Shown here piece after piece: positions 50,045-58,819 of a stretch of DNA of 64,000 nt. The stretch lies in assembly GCA_937958885.1 (NCBI GenBank), contig CALGMT010000013.1, forward strand, positions 14,314 to 78,313, written 5' to 3'. A model generated the notes under the pieces. That model searched no databases and had not been told where the DNA came from. It worked only from the letters and a program-made list of their open reading frames with translations. This DNA comes from an uncultured bacterium (GTDB taxonomy: Bacteria > Verrucomicrobiota > Kiritimatiellia > CAIVKH01). The translations under genes were made by a program, and so were the position numbers. Position 1 is the stretch's first letter; each line of letters starts with the position of its first letter.

Positions 50045-51889
50045 ATGAACATTCTCGGTATCAGCGCGTTTTATCACGACTCTGCGGCGGCGCTCGTCCG
50101 CGACGGCAAAATCATCGCCGCAGCGCAGGAAGAGCGCTTCTCGCGCAAAAAACACGACGAGCGATTTCCTTTTCACGCCGTGCGCTACTGCCTGCACGAG
50201 GGCGGGGTGGGGCCGGACGACCTCGACGCGGTCGCGTTCTACGACAAGCCAATCCAGAAGTTCGAGCGTCTGTTGCAGACCTATTTTGCGGTCGCGCCCC
50301 GGGGCCTCAAGTCGTTCATGATGGCGATGCCGATCTGGATTCGCGAAAAGCTTTGGATCCCGCTCGAAATCCAGCGCTCGCTGGACGAGTGCCACATTAA
50401 TTCCGAGAAGCCGGAGCTGTATTTCCCCGAACACCACGAATCACACGCCGCCAGCGCGTTTTTCCCGTCGCCCTATCCGACCGCCGCAATTCTCACCGTC
50501 GACGGAGTGGGCGAGTGGGCGACGAGCACGCTCGGCCACGGGAAGGGGCACGATTTGCAGATCCTCAGCGATCTGCGTTTCCCGCACTCGCTGGGCCTGC
50601 TGTATTCGGCGTTCACGTATTTCACCGGGTTCAAGGTCAACTCCGGCGAATACAAGCTCATGGGCCTCGCACCGTATGGCGAGCCGCGCTACGTCCAGCA
50701 AATCTACGAGCACCTGGTCTCGGTCCGCGACGACGGCTCGTTCAAGCTGAACATGGAATATTTCGACTACATGGCCGGCCTGACGATGACGAACGACAAG
50801 TTCGCCAAATTGTTCGGCGGCCCGGCGCGTCCATCTGAGTCGAACATCGGCCAGCGCGAGATGGACCTCGCGCGCTCGATCCAGGTGGTCACTGAAGAAA
50901 TTGTCCTCAAGATGGCTCGCCACCTGCACAAGGTCACCGGCGAGAAAAACCTTTGCATGGCAGGCGGCGTCGCGCTGAACTGCGTCGCCAACGGGCGCCT
51001 GTTGCGCGAAGGTCCGTTCGAAAATATCTGGATTCAGCCCGCCGCGGGCGACGCCGGCGGCGCGCTCGGCGCAGCGCTCACGGTCTGGTATCACGTCAAG
51101 GGCAACCCGCGCGAGGCGGACGGCGTAAAAGACAGCATGCAGGGCGCGTATCTCGGACCCAATTTTGACGACGAAGTCGAAGCGTTCCTGCAGGCGAAAG
51201 GCTACCCCGCAAAGAAGCTGACCGGTCCGGCATGGGCCGCGGAAATCGCGAAGCGCATGGCGGAGGAGCAGGTCGTCGGCCTCGTGCAGGGCCGCATGGA
51301 GTTCGGTCCACGCGCGCTCGGCGGCCGTTCGATCATCGGCGACCCGCGCTCCGAAAAGATGCAGTCGGTGATGAACCTCAAGATCAAGTATCGCGAATCT
51401 TTCCGCCCGTTCGCCCCCTCCTGCCTGCGCGAACACGTCAGCGATTACTTCGACCTCGACCGCGAATCGCCCTACATGCTCCTCGTCGCGCCGGTCCGCC
51501 GCGACCTGTGGACCGAGCTCACCGACGAGCAGCGCCGGATCATGAAAGACCCGGACCTGTGCAAGCGCGTGAACGTCGCGCGCTCGAAACTTCCCGCCAT
51601 CACTCACGTGGACCAATCCGCGCGCGTGCAGACCGTCGAACGCGACGTGAACCCTCGCTATTACGACATCATCAAGGCCTTCGGCGATCTCACGGGCTAC
51701 TACTGCATCATCAACACGTCCTTTAACGTGCGCGGAGAGCCGATCGTGTGCACGCCGGAAGACGCCTACCGCTGCTTCATGCGCACCGAGATGGATTGCC
51801 TCGTCCTCGGGGATTTCATCTTGAGCAAGGCCGACCAGCCCGAGTGGAAAGACAAGGTCGACTGGCGCAAGGATTACGTGCTCGACTAG
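50045..51889 (+). CDS. O-carbamoyltransferase (NodU/CmcH/TobZ family)
   Basis: ILGISAFYHDSAA, EERFSR.KH, HH.SHAA, GGVALNC.AN, EFGPRALG, RESFRPFAP, NTSFN..GEP. Confidence 0.95.
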   Translation: MNILGISAFYHDSAAALVRDGKIIAAAQEERFSRKKHDERFPFHAVRYCLHEGGVGPDDLDAVAFYDKPIQKFERLLQTYFAVAPRGLKSFMMAMPIWIREKLWIPLEIQRSLDECHINSEKPELYFPEHHESHAASAFFPSPYPTAAILTVDGVGEWATSTLGHGKGHDLQILSDLRFPHSLGLLYSAFTYFTGFKVNSGEYKLMGLAPYGEPRYVQQIYEHLVSVRDDGSFKLNMEYFDYMAGLTMTNDKFAKLFGGPARPSESNIGQREMDLARSIQVVTEEIVLKMARHLHKVTGEKNLCMAGGVALNCVANGRLLREGPFENIWIQPAAGDAGGALGAALTVWYHVKGNPREADGVKDSMQGAYLGPNFDDEVEAFLQAKGYPAKKLTGPAWAAEIAKRMAEEQVVGLVQGRMEFGPRALGGRSIIGDPRSEKMQSVMNLKIKYRESFRPFAPSCLREHVSDYFDLDRESPYMLLVAPVRRDLWTELTDEQRRIMKDPDLCKRVNVARSKLPAITHVDQSARVQTVERDVNPRYYDIIKAFGDLTGYYCIINTSFNVRGEPIVCTPEDAYRCFMRTEMDCLVLGDFILSKADQPEWKDKVDWRKDYVLD

Positions 51890-51911
51890 CGCCGCCGGCC
51901 GCGCAGCGGCT

Positions 51912-52481
51912 TTAGCTGTGCAGCGAAGGCCGCTCGAGCAGCTTGAAGAACTCCGTGCGCGTGGGGAGAGAGTCTTGGAAACAGCCGACCACGGCGGACG
52001 TGATCATGAACGAGTTCTGCTTCTCCACGCCCCGCATCATCATGCACAAGTGCTGAGCCTCGACGACCACACCGACGCCGAGCGGTTGAAGAACATCCAT
52101 TAGCGCATCCGCGATTTGTTGCGTTAACCGCTCCTGAATTTGCAGCCGACGCGCATACATGTCCGCGATGCGCGCGAGCTTGCTGACGCCGATCACCTTG
52201 TCCCTCGGGATGTAGCCGATGTGGCAGCGTCCGATGAACGGCAGCAAGTGGTGCTCGCACATGCTGTAGATTTCGATGTCCTTGACGATCACCATGTGCC
52301 GCGAATGCGCCTCAAACAACGCGCCGTTCACGATCTCTTCCACGTTTTGGAAATAACCCTTCGTGAGAAACTGCCACGCCTTCGCCACGCGGTGCGGGGT
52401 TCGGACCAAGCCTTCGCGCTCGGGATCCTCGCCCAGCGCGACCAGCATCTGCTTGATTAGCGGCTCCATCTCGTTTTCCAT
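51912..52481 (-). CDS. folE: GTP cyclohydrolase I
   Basis: [33 protein letters not shown]. Confidence 0.97.
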   Translation of the reverse strand: MENEMEPLIKQMLVALGEDPEREGLVRTPHRVAKAWQFLTKGYFQNVEEIVNGALFEAHSRHMVIVKDIEIYSMCEHHLLPFIGRCHIGYIPRDKVIGVSKLARIADMYARRLQIQERLTQQIADALMDVLQPLGVGVVVEAQHLCMMMRGVEKQNSFMITSAVVGCFQDSLPTRTEFFKLLERPSLHS

Positions 52482-52532
52482 GTTTATACCCTAGCGTGAC
52501 GTCGGCTCGACGTCATTTGTTATCGTTCGGTT

Positions 52533-53318
52533 ATGAAGATCATTACGTTGATGACCGATTTTGGAACAACCGACGGCTACGTCGCGGCCATGAAGGGGGT
52601 CATTTTCGACGCCTGTCCCCGCGCGCAGGTGGTCGATGCGGTCCACGACATTCCCGCGCACGACATCCGCGCCGGCGCGTGGGCGCTGCGGCACTATTGG
52701 AAATTGTTCCCCGAAGAGACGATCCATGTTGCGATCGTCGATCCGGGAGTCGGCTCCGCGCGGCACCCATTGATGGCCCGGGCGGATGGCCGCTGGTTGA
52801 TCGGACCGGACAATGGCGTGTTTTCGTGGGCGCTGCGCGAAAGCCGACGGTTTGAGGCGTGGACGCTTTCGCCCGCCATCCGCCGCCGCCTCGCGGTCGG
52901 GCACACCTTTCACGGGCGGGATGTTTTTGCCTTCGCGGCCGGGATGCTCGCGTCAGGGGTATCGCCATCCGCGCTTGCGGGAAAGCCCATCGCTCCTATG
53001 CGCTTCGATTGGCCTCTTCCTATTAAAGGAAGGTCATCCATCCGCGGAACGGTGATCCACATTGACCGGTTCGGAAACGCCGTCACGAACATTCCGGCGC
53101 CCACGATCGCGCGACTCGGCCCGAACCTCTCAATCGCCTGCGAAAGTTTTCGTACGCGTGGATTCGGGCGAATTTATGCAGATGTTTCTGTTGGAAAGCA
53201 GGTTGCGCTAATGGAGTCGACTGGATTGCTTGAACTGGCCATCCGCGAAGGCAGCGCTTCCGAGCAGTGCGGGATCAAGCTCGGATCGCGAGTTATAGTT
53301 GAAAAGCATAAAAAATAG
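52533..53318 (+). CDS. SAM hydroxide adenosyltransferase (DUF62, chlorinase/fluorinase superfamily)
   Basis: ITL.TDFG, VDPGVGS.R, GPDNG, TFHGRD.F, IDRFGN..TN. Confidence 0.9.
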   Translation: MKIITLMTDFGTTDGYVAAMKGVIFDACPRAQVVDAVHDIPAHDIRAGAWALRHYWKLFPEETIHVAIVDPGVGSARHPLMARADGRWLIGPDNGVFSWALRESRRFEAWTLSPAIRRRLAVGHTFHGRDVFAFAAGMLASGVSPSALAGKPIAPMRFDWPLPIKGRSSIRGTVIHIDRFGNAVTNIPAPTIARLGPNLSIACESFRTRGFGRIYADVSVGKQVALMESTGLLELAIREGSASEQCGIKLGSRVIVEKHKK

Positions 53319-53340
53319 AGTCTATTTAAAATGTGACCCA

Positions 53341-53399
53341 TTATTTTTTGAAAAATAAGCGCATAATTTTGTTGTAATCGATTTTTGCTGTGCTATCTT
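53341..53399 (+). promoter_or_regulatory. Putative ilvBN promoter with upstream AT-rich palindrome
   Basis: TTGTAA (53372-77), 16-bp spacer ending TGc, TATCTT (53394-99); inverted repeat TTATTTTT-TG-AAAAATAA at 53341-53358. Confidence 0.5.
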
Positions 53400-53421
53400 T
53401 TGATAAATCAAGAGGTAATTC

Positions 53422-55230
53422 ATGAGCGCAACAGCAGTAGAGCACAAAACTTCTCCAGAAAAAGCCAAAGATCAAAAATCATCGATTGAGGTCAAGGGGC
53501 CATCGGTTTCTCGTGAGGTGCTGGATGGCGCGCAGGCGCTCGTGAGGGGGCTGGAGCGGCAGGGGGTGGAATACATTTGGGGCCTGTCGGGCGGCGCGGC
53601 GATCCCGATTTTCGACGCAATCGTCACGACTGGTACGAAAATCAAACTCGTGCTCGTGCGGCACGAGCAGGGGGCGACGCACATCGCCGACGGATACGCC
53701 CGTGTGACCGGACGGCCCGGCGTGGTGCTCGTGACCAGCGGTCCGGGAGCGACGAACACCGTGACCGGCATTCTGACCGCGCACATGGATTCCGTGCCGA
53801 TGGTGGTGCTGACAGGACAGACGATTTCGCCCATGCTGGGCAAAGACGCATTTCAAGAGGCGGACGTGTTCGGCATTACGATGCCGATCGTCAAACACAG
53901 CTACCTCGTCAAGAAAACCAACGACATCCCCCGGATCGTCAAAGAGGCGTTCCACATCGCCAACACCGGGCGACCGGGGCCTGTGCTCATTGACATCCCG
54001 AAGGATGTGAGCTCCGGTCCGTGCACCGCCGATCTCGACCCGCCGATGGATTTGCCCGGCTATAACCCCGCGATCCCGGTGGACAAGGCAGGCGTGATGG
54101 CGATTGCCGAGGCGCTGCGCAAGTCGAAGCGGCCCGTGTTGCTCGCCGGTCACGGCGTGCTGATCTCCCGCGCGTGGGATTCGCTCCGCCGCCTCGCCGA
54201 AACCCTGCAGGCGCCGGTGACCACCACGCTGCTCGGCAAGGGCGCGTTCCCCGAGAACCACCCGCTATCGCTCGGCATGCTCGGCATGCACGGCACTGCG
54301 TATGCGAACAAAGCGATGATCGAATGCGACCTGGTGATGTCGATCGGTTCGCGCTTCGACGACCGCATCATCGGCCAGGCCCCGAAATTCTGCAAAGATG
54401 CCGTGCGCATCCACATCGACATCGACGCCGCCGAAATCAACAAAATGATCAAGGTGCACCACTGGTGCGTGGGCGACGCGCGCGAAATTCTTGATGAACT
54501 CACGCAGCACGTGCGGCGTCTGGACACCAACGACTGGCTGAACCATCTCAACGGCTACAAAAAGAAATATCCGCTGAAGTACAAGAAGTACGGCGGACTC
54601 AAGATGCAGTACATCCTCGACGAGCTCGACAAGCTGACCGGCTGCAACGCGATCATCTCGACCGACGTCGGCCAGCACCAGATGTGGTCCGCGCAATTCA
54701 ACAAAACCATCCGGCCCGACGGCTGGTTGAGCTCCGGCGGCGCCGGCACGATGGGCTACGGGTTCCCCGCCGCGATCGGCGCGCAGTTCGCGAAGCCGAA
54801 GGACCAGGTGTGGGCCGTGGTCGGCGACGGCGGGTTCCAGATGACGATGTGCGAACTCGCCACCGCCGCGCTGCACAAGCTGCCCGTTAAGGTCCTCGTG
54901 CTGAATAATCACTACCTCGGCATGGTGCGCCAGTGGCAGGAACTGTTCTTCGAGAACCGCGAGAGCGGTGTGAATCTCGAGGGCAACCCGGACTTCGCCA
55001 AACTCGCCGAGTGCTATCCCGGAGCGAAGGGCTTCACGCTTAAGCGCGGCGCGGACATCCGCAAGATTCTCAAGCGGGCTATGGACTACACCGACGGCCC
55101 GTCCGTGATCAATGCGGAGGTGGAGAAAGCGGACAATGTGTATCCGATGATCCCCGCCGGCCGCGCGATTGAGGACATGATCCTCGAAGCCCCGAAATAC
55201 AAAATGGAAAAACCCACCGGCTCGACCTGA
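53422..55230 (+). CDS. ilvB: Acetolactate synthase large subunit
   Basis: RHEQGA, TSGPGATN, GMLGMHG, DVGQHQMW, GDGGFQM..NN..LGMVRQWQ. Confidence 0.97.
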   Translation: MSATAVEHKTSPEKAKDQKSSIEVKGPSVSREVLDGAQALVRGLERQGVEYIWGLSGGAAIPIFDAIVTTGTKIKLVLVRHEQGATHIADGYARVTGRPGVVLVTSGPGATNTVTGILTAHMDSVPMVVLTGQTISPMLGKDAFQEADVFGITMPIVKHSYLVKKTNDIPRIVKEAFHIANTGRPGPVLIDIPKDVSSGPCTADLDPPMDLPGYNPAIPVDKAGVMAIAEALRKSKRPVLLAGHGVLISRAWDSLRRLAETLQAPVTTTLLGKGAFPENHPLSLGMLGMHGTAYANKAMIECDLVMSIGSRFDDRIIGQAPKFCKDAVRIHIDIDAAEINKMIKVHHWCVGDAREILDELTQHVRRLDTNDWLNHLNGYKKKYPLKYKKYGGLKMQYILDELDKLTGCNAIISTDVGQHQMWSAQFNKTIRPDGWLSSGGAGTMGYGFPAAIGAQFAKPKDQVWAVVGDGGFQMTMCELATAALHKLPVKVLVLNNHYLGMVRQWQELFFENRESGVNLEGNPDFAKLAECYPGAKGFTLKRGADIRKILKRAMDYTDGPSVINAEVEKADNVYPMIPAGRAIEDMILEAPKYKMEKPTGST

Positions 55231-55266
55231 TCGGTCGCTCCGACACTCCCCCATAGAGGTGCCTCC

Positions 55267-55794
55267 ATGACCACGTCCGTTGCCAACCCCCACATCGCCC
55301 CATACACCGGCCATCACACCATCAGCGTGTATGTGGCGAACAAACCCGGCGTGCTCGCGCGCATCGCGCAGGTGTTCGCGCGGCGCGGCTACAACATCGA
55401 ATCCCTCGTCGTCTCCCCCGCGATGGACGGTCAGTTTTCTCGCATGACCATCGGGTTGAGCGGCAATCCGGAGGGGATGGAGCAGATCATCAAGCAAACC
55501 AGCAAGTTGATCGATGTGCTCCGCTGCACGGATCATACAGACGACGACGCTGTGGTGAAAGAACTGGCGTTGGTGAAGGTCGGCGCCAGCGCAGCCCAGC
55601 GCGCCGAAGTCCTGCAGATCGGCGAACATTTCGGCTGCAAGACTGTGGACCTTACCGAAACCTCGATGATCCTGCAGTGCACTGGCAACAGCGAAAAAAT
55701 CGACGCGCTGGTCGGCATGCTCGGCAAATTCCGCATCATCGAGCTTGTCCGAACCGGGAAAGTCCTGATGGCCCGCGGCGACGGCTTGACCTGA
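55267..55794 (+). CDS. ilvN: Acetolactate synthase small subunit
   Basis: NKPGVLARI..VF.RRGYNIESL, ELALVKV, ELVRTG. Confidence 0.96.
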   Translation: MTTSVANPHIAPYTGHHTISVYVANKPGVLARIAQVFARRGYNIESLVVSPAMDGQFSRMTIGLSGNPEGMEQIIKQTSKLIDVLRCTDHTDDDAVVKELALVKVGASAAQRAEVLQIGEHFGCKTVDLTETSMILQCTGNSEKIDALVGMLGKFRIIELVRTGKVLMARGDGLT

Positions 55795-55864
55795 TCGGGC
55801 GGGGCGCACGGGCGGTATCGCGCGCGGATTTCCCTGTTGCACGGGTTTCCTGTACGCTGTCGCC

Positions 55865-56911
55865 ATGCATCTCGATGCGGCACGCGTAAAAGCCCGAGCC
55901 TTGGAGCTGGGCTTCGATATTGCGGGAATCGCGCGCGCGGGCCGCGCGGAGCGGGCGGCAGCGTTTCACGCATGGTTGGAAGCCGGGCGGCATGCCGACA
56001 TGGCGTGGATCGCGCGCGAGCCGGAGCGGCGCTGCGAAATCAGCCGCGTGCTGCCGGAAGCGCGCTCGATGATTGTGGTCGGCCTCTCGTATTTTATCGC
56101 CGATCCGCCTCCCGAATACTGGAGCGATCCCTTGCGCGGCCGCATCGCGCGCTACGCCTGGGGCCGCGACTACCACGACGAACTGCTCCCGCGTCTGCGC
56201 GAACTCGCGGCATGGCTTGACGCCGAGGCCGGCCGCCCGGTCGCGCACCGGGCCTATGTGGACACCGGCCCCGTGCTGGAACGCGAATGGGCCGCTCGGG
56301 CGGGACTTGGATTTATCGGCAAACACACGCTGTTGATTCATCCCGAGTGGGGGTCGTATCTCTTTCTCGGCGAGCTCTTGGTCGATCTCGACCTCGAGCC
56401 GGATCCGCCCGGGGACGATCGCCTTGGAACCTGCGGCAGTTGTCGGCGCTGTCAGGATATCTGTCCCACGCACGCCTTTCCCGCGCCGTACATCCTCGAC
56501 AGCCGCCTGTGCATTTCCTACCTGACCATTGAACATCGCGGCGCGATTCCCGAAGCGTTGCGCCCGAAGATGGGCAACTGGATTTACGGGTGCGACGAGT
56601 GCCAGCAGGTTTGTCCGTGGGTCAAGCAGTTCTCCCGACCGGGACGCGCTCGTTTTCTGAACTACGATCCCGAATGGATCGCCCCCCGCCTGGCCGACTT
56701 GGCGGCGCTTGACGAAGAAAGATTCCGCGCGCGTTTTCGCGGCTCGCCGATCCCGCGGACAAAGCGGCGCGGGTTGTTGCGAAATGTCTGCATCGCGCTC
56801 GGCAATTCCGGGAGCGCAGAAGCGATTCCGCCGCTTGAAATCGCCGCGCGCGACCCAGACCCGCTGATTGCCGAGCACGCCCGCTGGTCCCTCGCGCGGC
56901 TCGTCCGATGA
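55865..56911 (+). CDS. queG: Epoxyqueuosine reductase
   Basis: ARYAWG.DYH, VDTGPVLER, CGSC.RC.D.CP, CISYLTIE, GCDECQ.VCPW. Confidence 0.96.
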   Translation: MHLDAARVKARALELGFDIAGIARAGRAERAAAFHAWLEAGRHADMAWIAREPERRCEISRVLPEARSMIVVGLSYFIADPPPEYWSDPLRGRIARYAWGRDYHDELLPRLRELAAWLDAEAGRPVAHRAYVDTGPVLEREWAARAGLGFIGKHTLLIHPEWGSYLFLGELLVDLDLEPDPPGDDRLGTCGSCRRCQDICPTHAFPAPYILDSRLCISYLTIEHRGAIPEALRPKMGNWIYGCDECQQVCPWVKQFSRPGRARFLNYDPEWIAPRLADLAALDEERFRARFRGSPIPRTKRRGLLRNVCIALGNSGSAEAIPPLEIAARDPDPLIAEHARWSLARLVR

Positions 56912-56978
56912 TGTGAACAGAGCATGAAATCCGTGCGCGCATTACGCCATCAATCGCGACGCCGGTCACCCCATTCCC

Positions 56979-57576
56979 GCCGCTGGAAATTTATGACATC
57001 ACACTTCCGCCGACGGAGCGGCGAACCTGCAGCACCAGAAAGACCTCGCCGATTCGAGGAACGCCGCAGTCTGCGCCCACTTCAACAGCCTCTCCCTCTC
57101 CCGCCGCGCGGGAGAGGGCGGGGGTGAGGGCGACGATCCATCAGCTCGGCGGGCTCTGAGATTCCGCTCTTCCGTTTCCTTTCAATAATCGCGCCACAGT
57201 TGTAGCTCCGGCGCTCTGGCCGCTGGAAATTTATGACATCACACTTCCGCCGACGGAGCGGCGAACCTGCAGCACCAGAAAGACCGCGCCGATTCGAGGA
57301 ACGCCGCAGTCTGCGCCCGCATCCACAGCATCCCCCTCTCCCGCTGCGCGGGAGAGGGCGGGGGTGAGGGCGACGATCCATCAGCTCGGCGGGCTCTGAG
57401 ATCCCGCTCTTCCGTTTCCTTTCAATAATCGCGCCACAGTTGTAGCTCCGGCGCTCCGCCGCTGGAAATTTATGACATCACACTTCCGCCGACGGAGCGG
57501 CGAACCTGCAGCACCAGAAAGACCGCGCCGATTCGAGGATCGCCGCAGTCTGCGCCCGCATCCACAGCATCCCCCT
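56979..57576. repeat. Tandem repeat, ~240-bp unit, about 2.5 copies
   Basis: Units start GCCGCTGGAAATTTATGACATC at 56979, 57219 and 57458; about ten differences between units 1 and 2. Confidence 0.95.
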
Positions 57577-57712
57577 TTCCACCGTGTGGAAGAGGATCAT
57601 GCCGGTCATCGATCAGATACACGCCTATTTCACCCTATGAGAAAATTCAGCGCCTGACCCCTTTTTTCCGCCGCCCCCTCTCCCGCCGAGCGGGAGAGGG
57701 TTGGGGTGAGGG
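57094..57712. repeat. REP-like palindromic element CCCTCTCCCGC-N3-GCGGGAGAGGG-NN-GGGGTGAGGG, three copies
   Basis: Copies at 57094-57130, 57334-57370 and 57676-57712; stem invariant, loop varies (CGC/TGC/CGA). Confidence 0.9.
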
Positions 57713-57714
57713 TC

Positions 57715-57783
57715 CTGGAGTTTCAAAAATTTTTTACAGAGTATGGAACTTTGTAAAAAAGTTTTTACAGAGCATGGAACTTT
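57715..57783 (+). repeat. 31-bp-period doublet of TTTTTACAGAG(C/T)ATGGAA (locus 3)
   Basis: Cores at 57731-57748 (one C>T) and 57762-57779; remnant TGGAGTTTC one period upstream. Confidence 0.95.
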
Positions 57784-58234
57784 AGCGCGCGGCAGGTCGC
57801 GCCGGAAGCCAGCGCCAGGCCAGAACAGTCAGGAACAGAAGGCCGACGTTTCGCGCGACGTTGAGCCACGTCATCGCTTCGCCGCCGGAAACGGAGAAAC
57901 AGCCGCAGGCCATATCGATCCCGCGATGGAGATTGATGCTCACCGCGCCAATGAAAACCAGCAGCATGACGCCCACCCCCACCAACGCGCCGCGCCGCAG
58001 CGGCGGGACCGCGAGAAGCGCAAGCGCGCAAACGGCCTCGAACCAGGGCAAAAACACCGCGATCGGATTGATCAGCGCGTCGGGCAACAAATGGTAGCGA
58101 TAGACCGCTTCGGCAAATCCGGCGGGATCGCGAATCTTCGGCCACGCGGCAAATAAAAAAACCGCGGCAATAAAAAGTCGAATCGCGTTCGCCGCCAGCG
58201 CGCGCGCTGCGGGAGACATGGCCGCAGCGCTCAT
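57782..58234 (-). CDS. MauE/DoxX family membrane protein
   Basis: F..A...K..DP..F...V..Y, LPW.E, RGID..CGCF, RN. Confidence 0.9.
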   Translation of the reverse strand: MSAAAMSPAARALAANAIRLFIAAVFLFAAWPKIRDPAGFAEAVYRYHLLPDALINPIAVFLPWFEAVCALALLAVPPLRRGALVGVGVMLLVFIGAVSINLHRGIDMACGCFSVSGGEAMTWLNVARNVGLLFLTVLAWRWLPARPAAR

Positions 58235-58731
58235 CGCTCAATCTCCCCGCCGGCCTGCTGCCAGGCCTGAATGCCGCCGACGTACAGCACGAGATTGGTG
58301 TGCCCGTGGCCGAGTAGAAAGAGGCAAAGCTGGAGCGATTCGTCGCAGGTCTGGCCTGAACAATAAATCACGGCGCGCTGGCCGGACGCGAGCAGGTCGG
58401 CGTAATCGGGATAAAACTCCGAGCGGCGCGAGTCGGGGAAGGGCAGGGCGCCGGGCAGACGGCCGGCGTCGTAATCCTTGATCGAACGCGCGTCGAACAG
58501 CAGCGCCGAACCGTCGGCGATGAAGGCCCGGATGTCCTCGGTCTCCGCAAGGGCGAGGCCGGCTTGGAGGGCCTTGGTCTGCACGCGGGCCGACCAGCTC
58601 TCGGACCAGGGGATGCGCGTCGGCGACAAGGTCTGCGCGAGGGCGCCGAAGACCAGCGCCGCAAGGAGTAACAGCAGGACTTGCGCGCCCGGACTCCATC
58701 GATCTGCGGTTGGGCGATTGGATTCGGTCAT
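58231..58731 (-). CDS. Membrane-anchored rhodanese-like protein
   Basis: FDAR...Y..GRLPGA, IYCSGQTC.ES, YVGG..AW; ATGA overlap with the MauE gene. Confidence 0.88.
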   Translation of the reverse strand: MTESNRPTADRWSPGAQVLLLLLAALVFGALAQTLSPTRIPWSESWSARVQTKALQAGLALAETEDIRAFIADGSALLFDARSIKDYDAGRLPGALPFPDSRRSEFYPDYADLLASGQRAVIYCSGQTCDESLQLCLFLLGHGHTNLVLYVGGIQAWQQAGGEIER

Positions 58732-58819
58732 GGCGTTGTCGTCCGCGCATCTCGCGGGCGGCGGCTCCGCTGCCTCGCGCGGCCCCAATGCTCGACGGAT
58801 GGTTCGACGTTCCCTCCGA

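Noticed and set aside
49563-51889. Saxitoxin or antibiotic biosynthetic cluster
   Set aside because: No PKS/NRPS, amidinotransferase or other tailoring genes in the window.
52533-53318. True fluorinase or chlorinase
   Set aside because: Short (261 aa), with the Asp/Arg/His residues typical of DUF62 hydrolases (DPGVGS.R, TFHGRD) and a housekeeping context.
53319-53421. ilv leader-peptide attenuator or T-box riboswitch
   Set aside because: Spacer is too short, with no Ile/Leu/Val-rich mini-ORF or GC-rich terminator hairpin.
20970-55866. Long antisense or alternate-frame ORFs (e.g. 20970-22970, 31408-33618, 40841-42421, 54265-55866; also 6774-8627, 15376-17259)
   Set aside because: Shadow ORFs of well-supported genes, expected at high GC; no motifs.
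28556-56911. queC/queE/folE as a 7-deazaguanine DNA-modification (dpd) or QueC-based defence system
   Set aside because: No dpdA/tgt-like, TatD or other defence genes nearby; queG is present and the genes are dispersed, consistent with ordinary tRNA queuosine synthesis.
56979-57576. 240-bp array as CRISPR or as a repeat protein (ORFs 56924-57127, 57082-57381, 57472-57657, 57743-58156)
   Set aside because: Whole units are duplicated, with no variable spacers. The 239-bp second period breaks frame, and the translations are Arg/Pro-rich with no RBS or motif.
17292-57783. 31-bp doublets as CRISPR mini-arrays, parS or DnaA boxes
   Set aside because: Only 13-nt A/T linkers separate the cores, with no unique spacers and no cas genes. 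The core does not match parS (TGTTTCACGTGAAACA) or the DnaA box (TTATCCACA).
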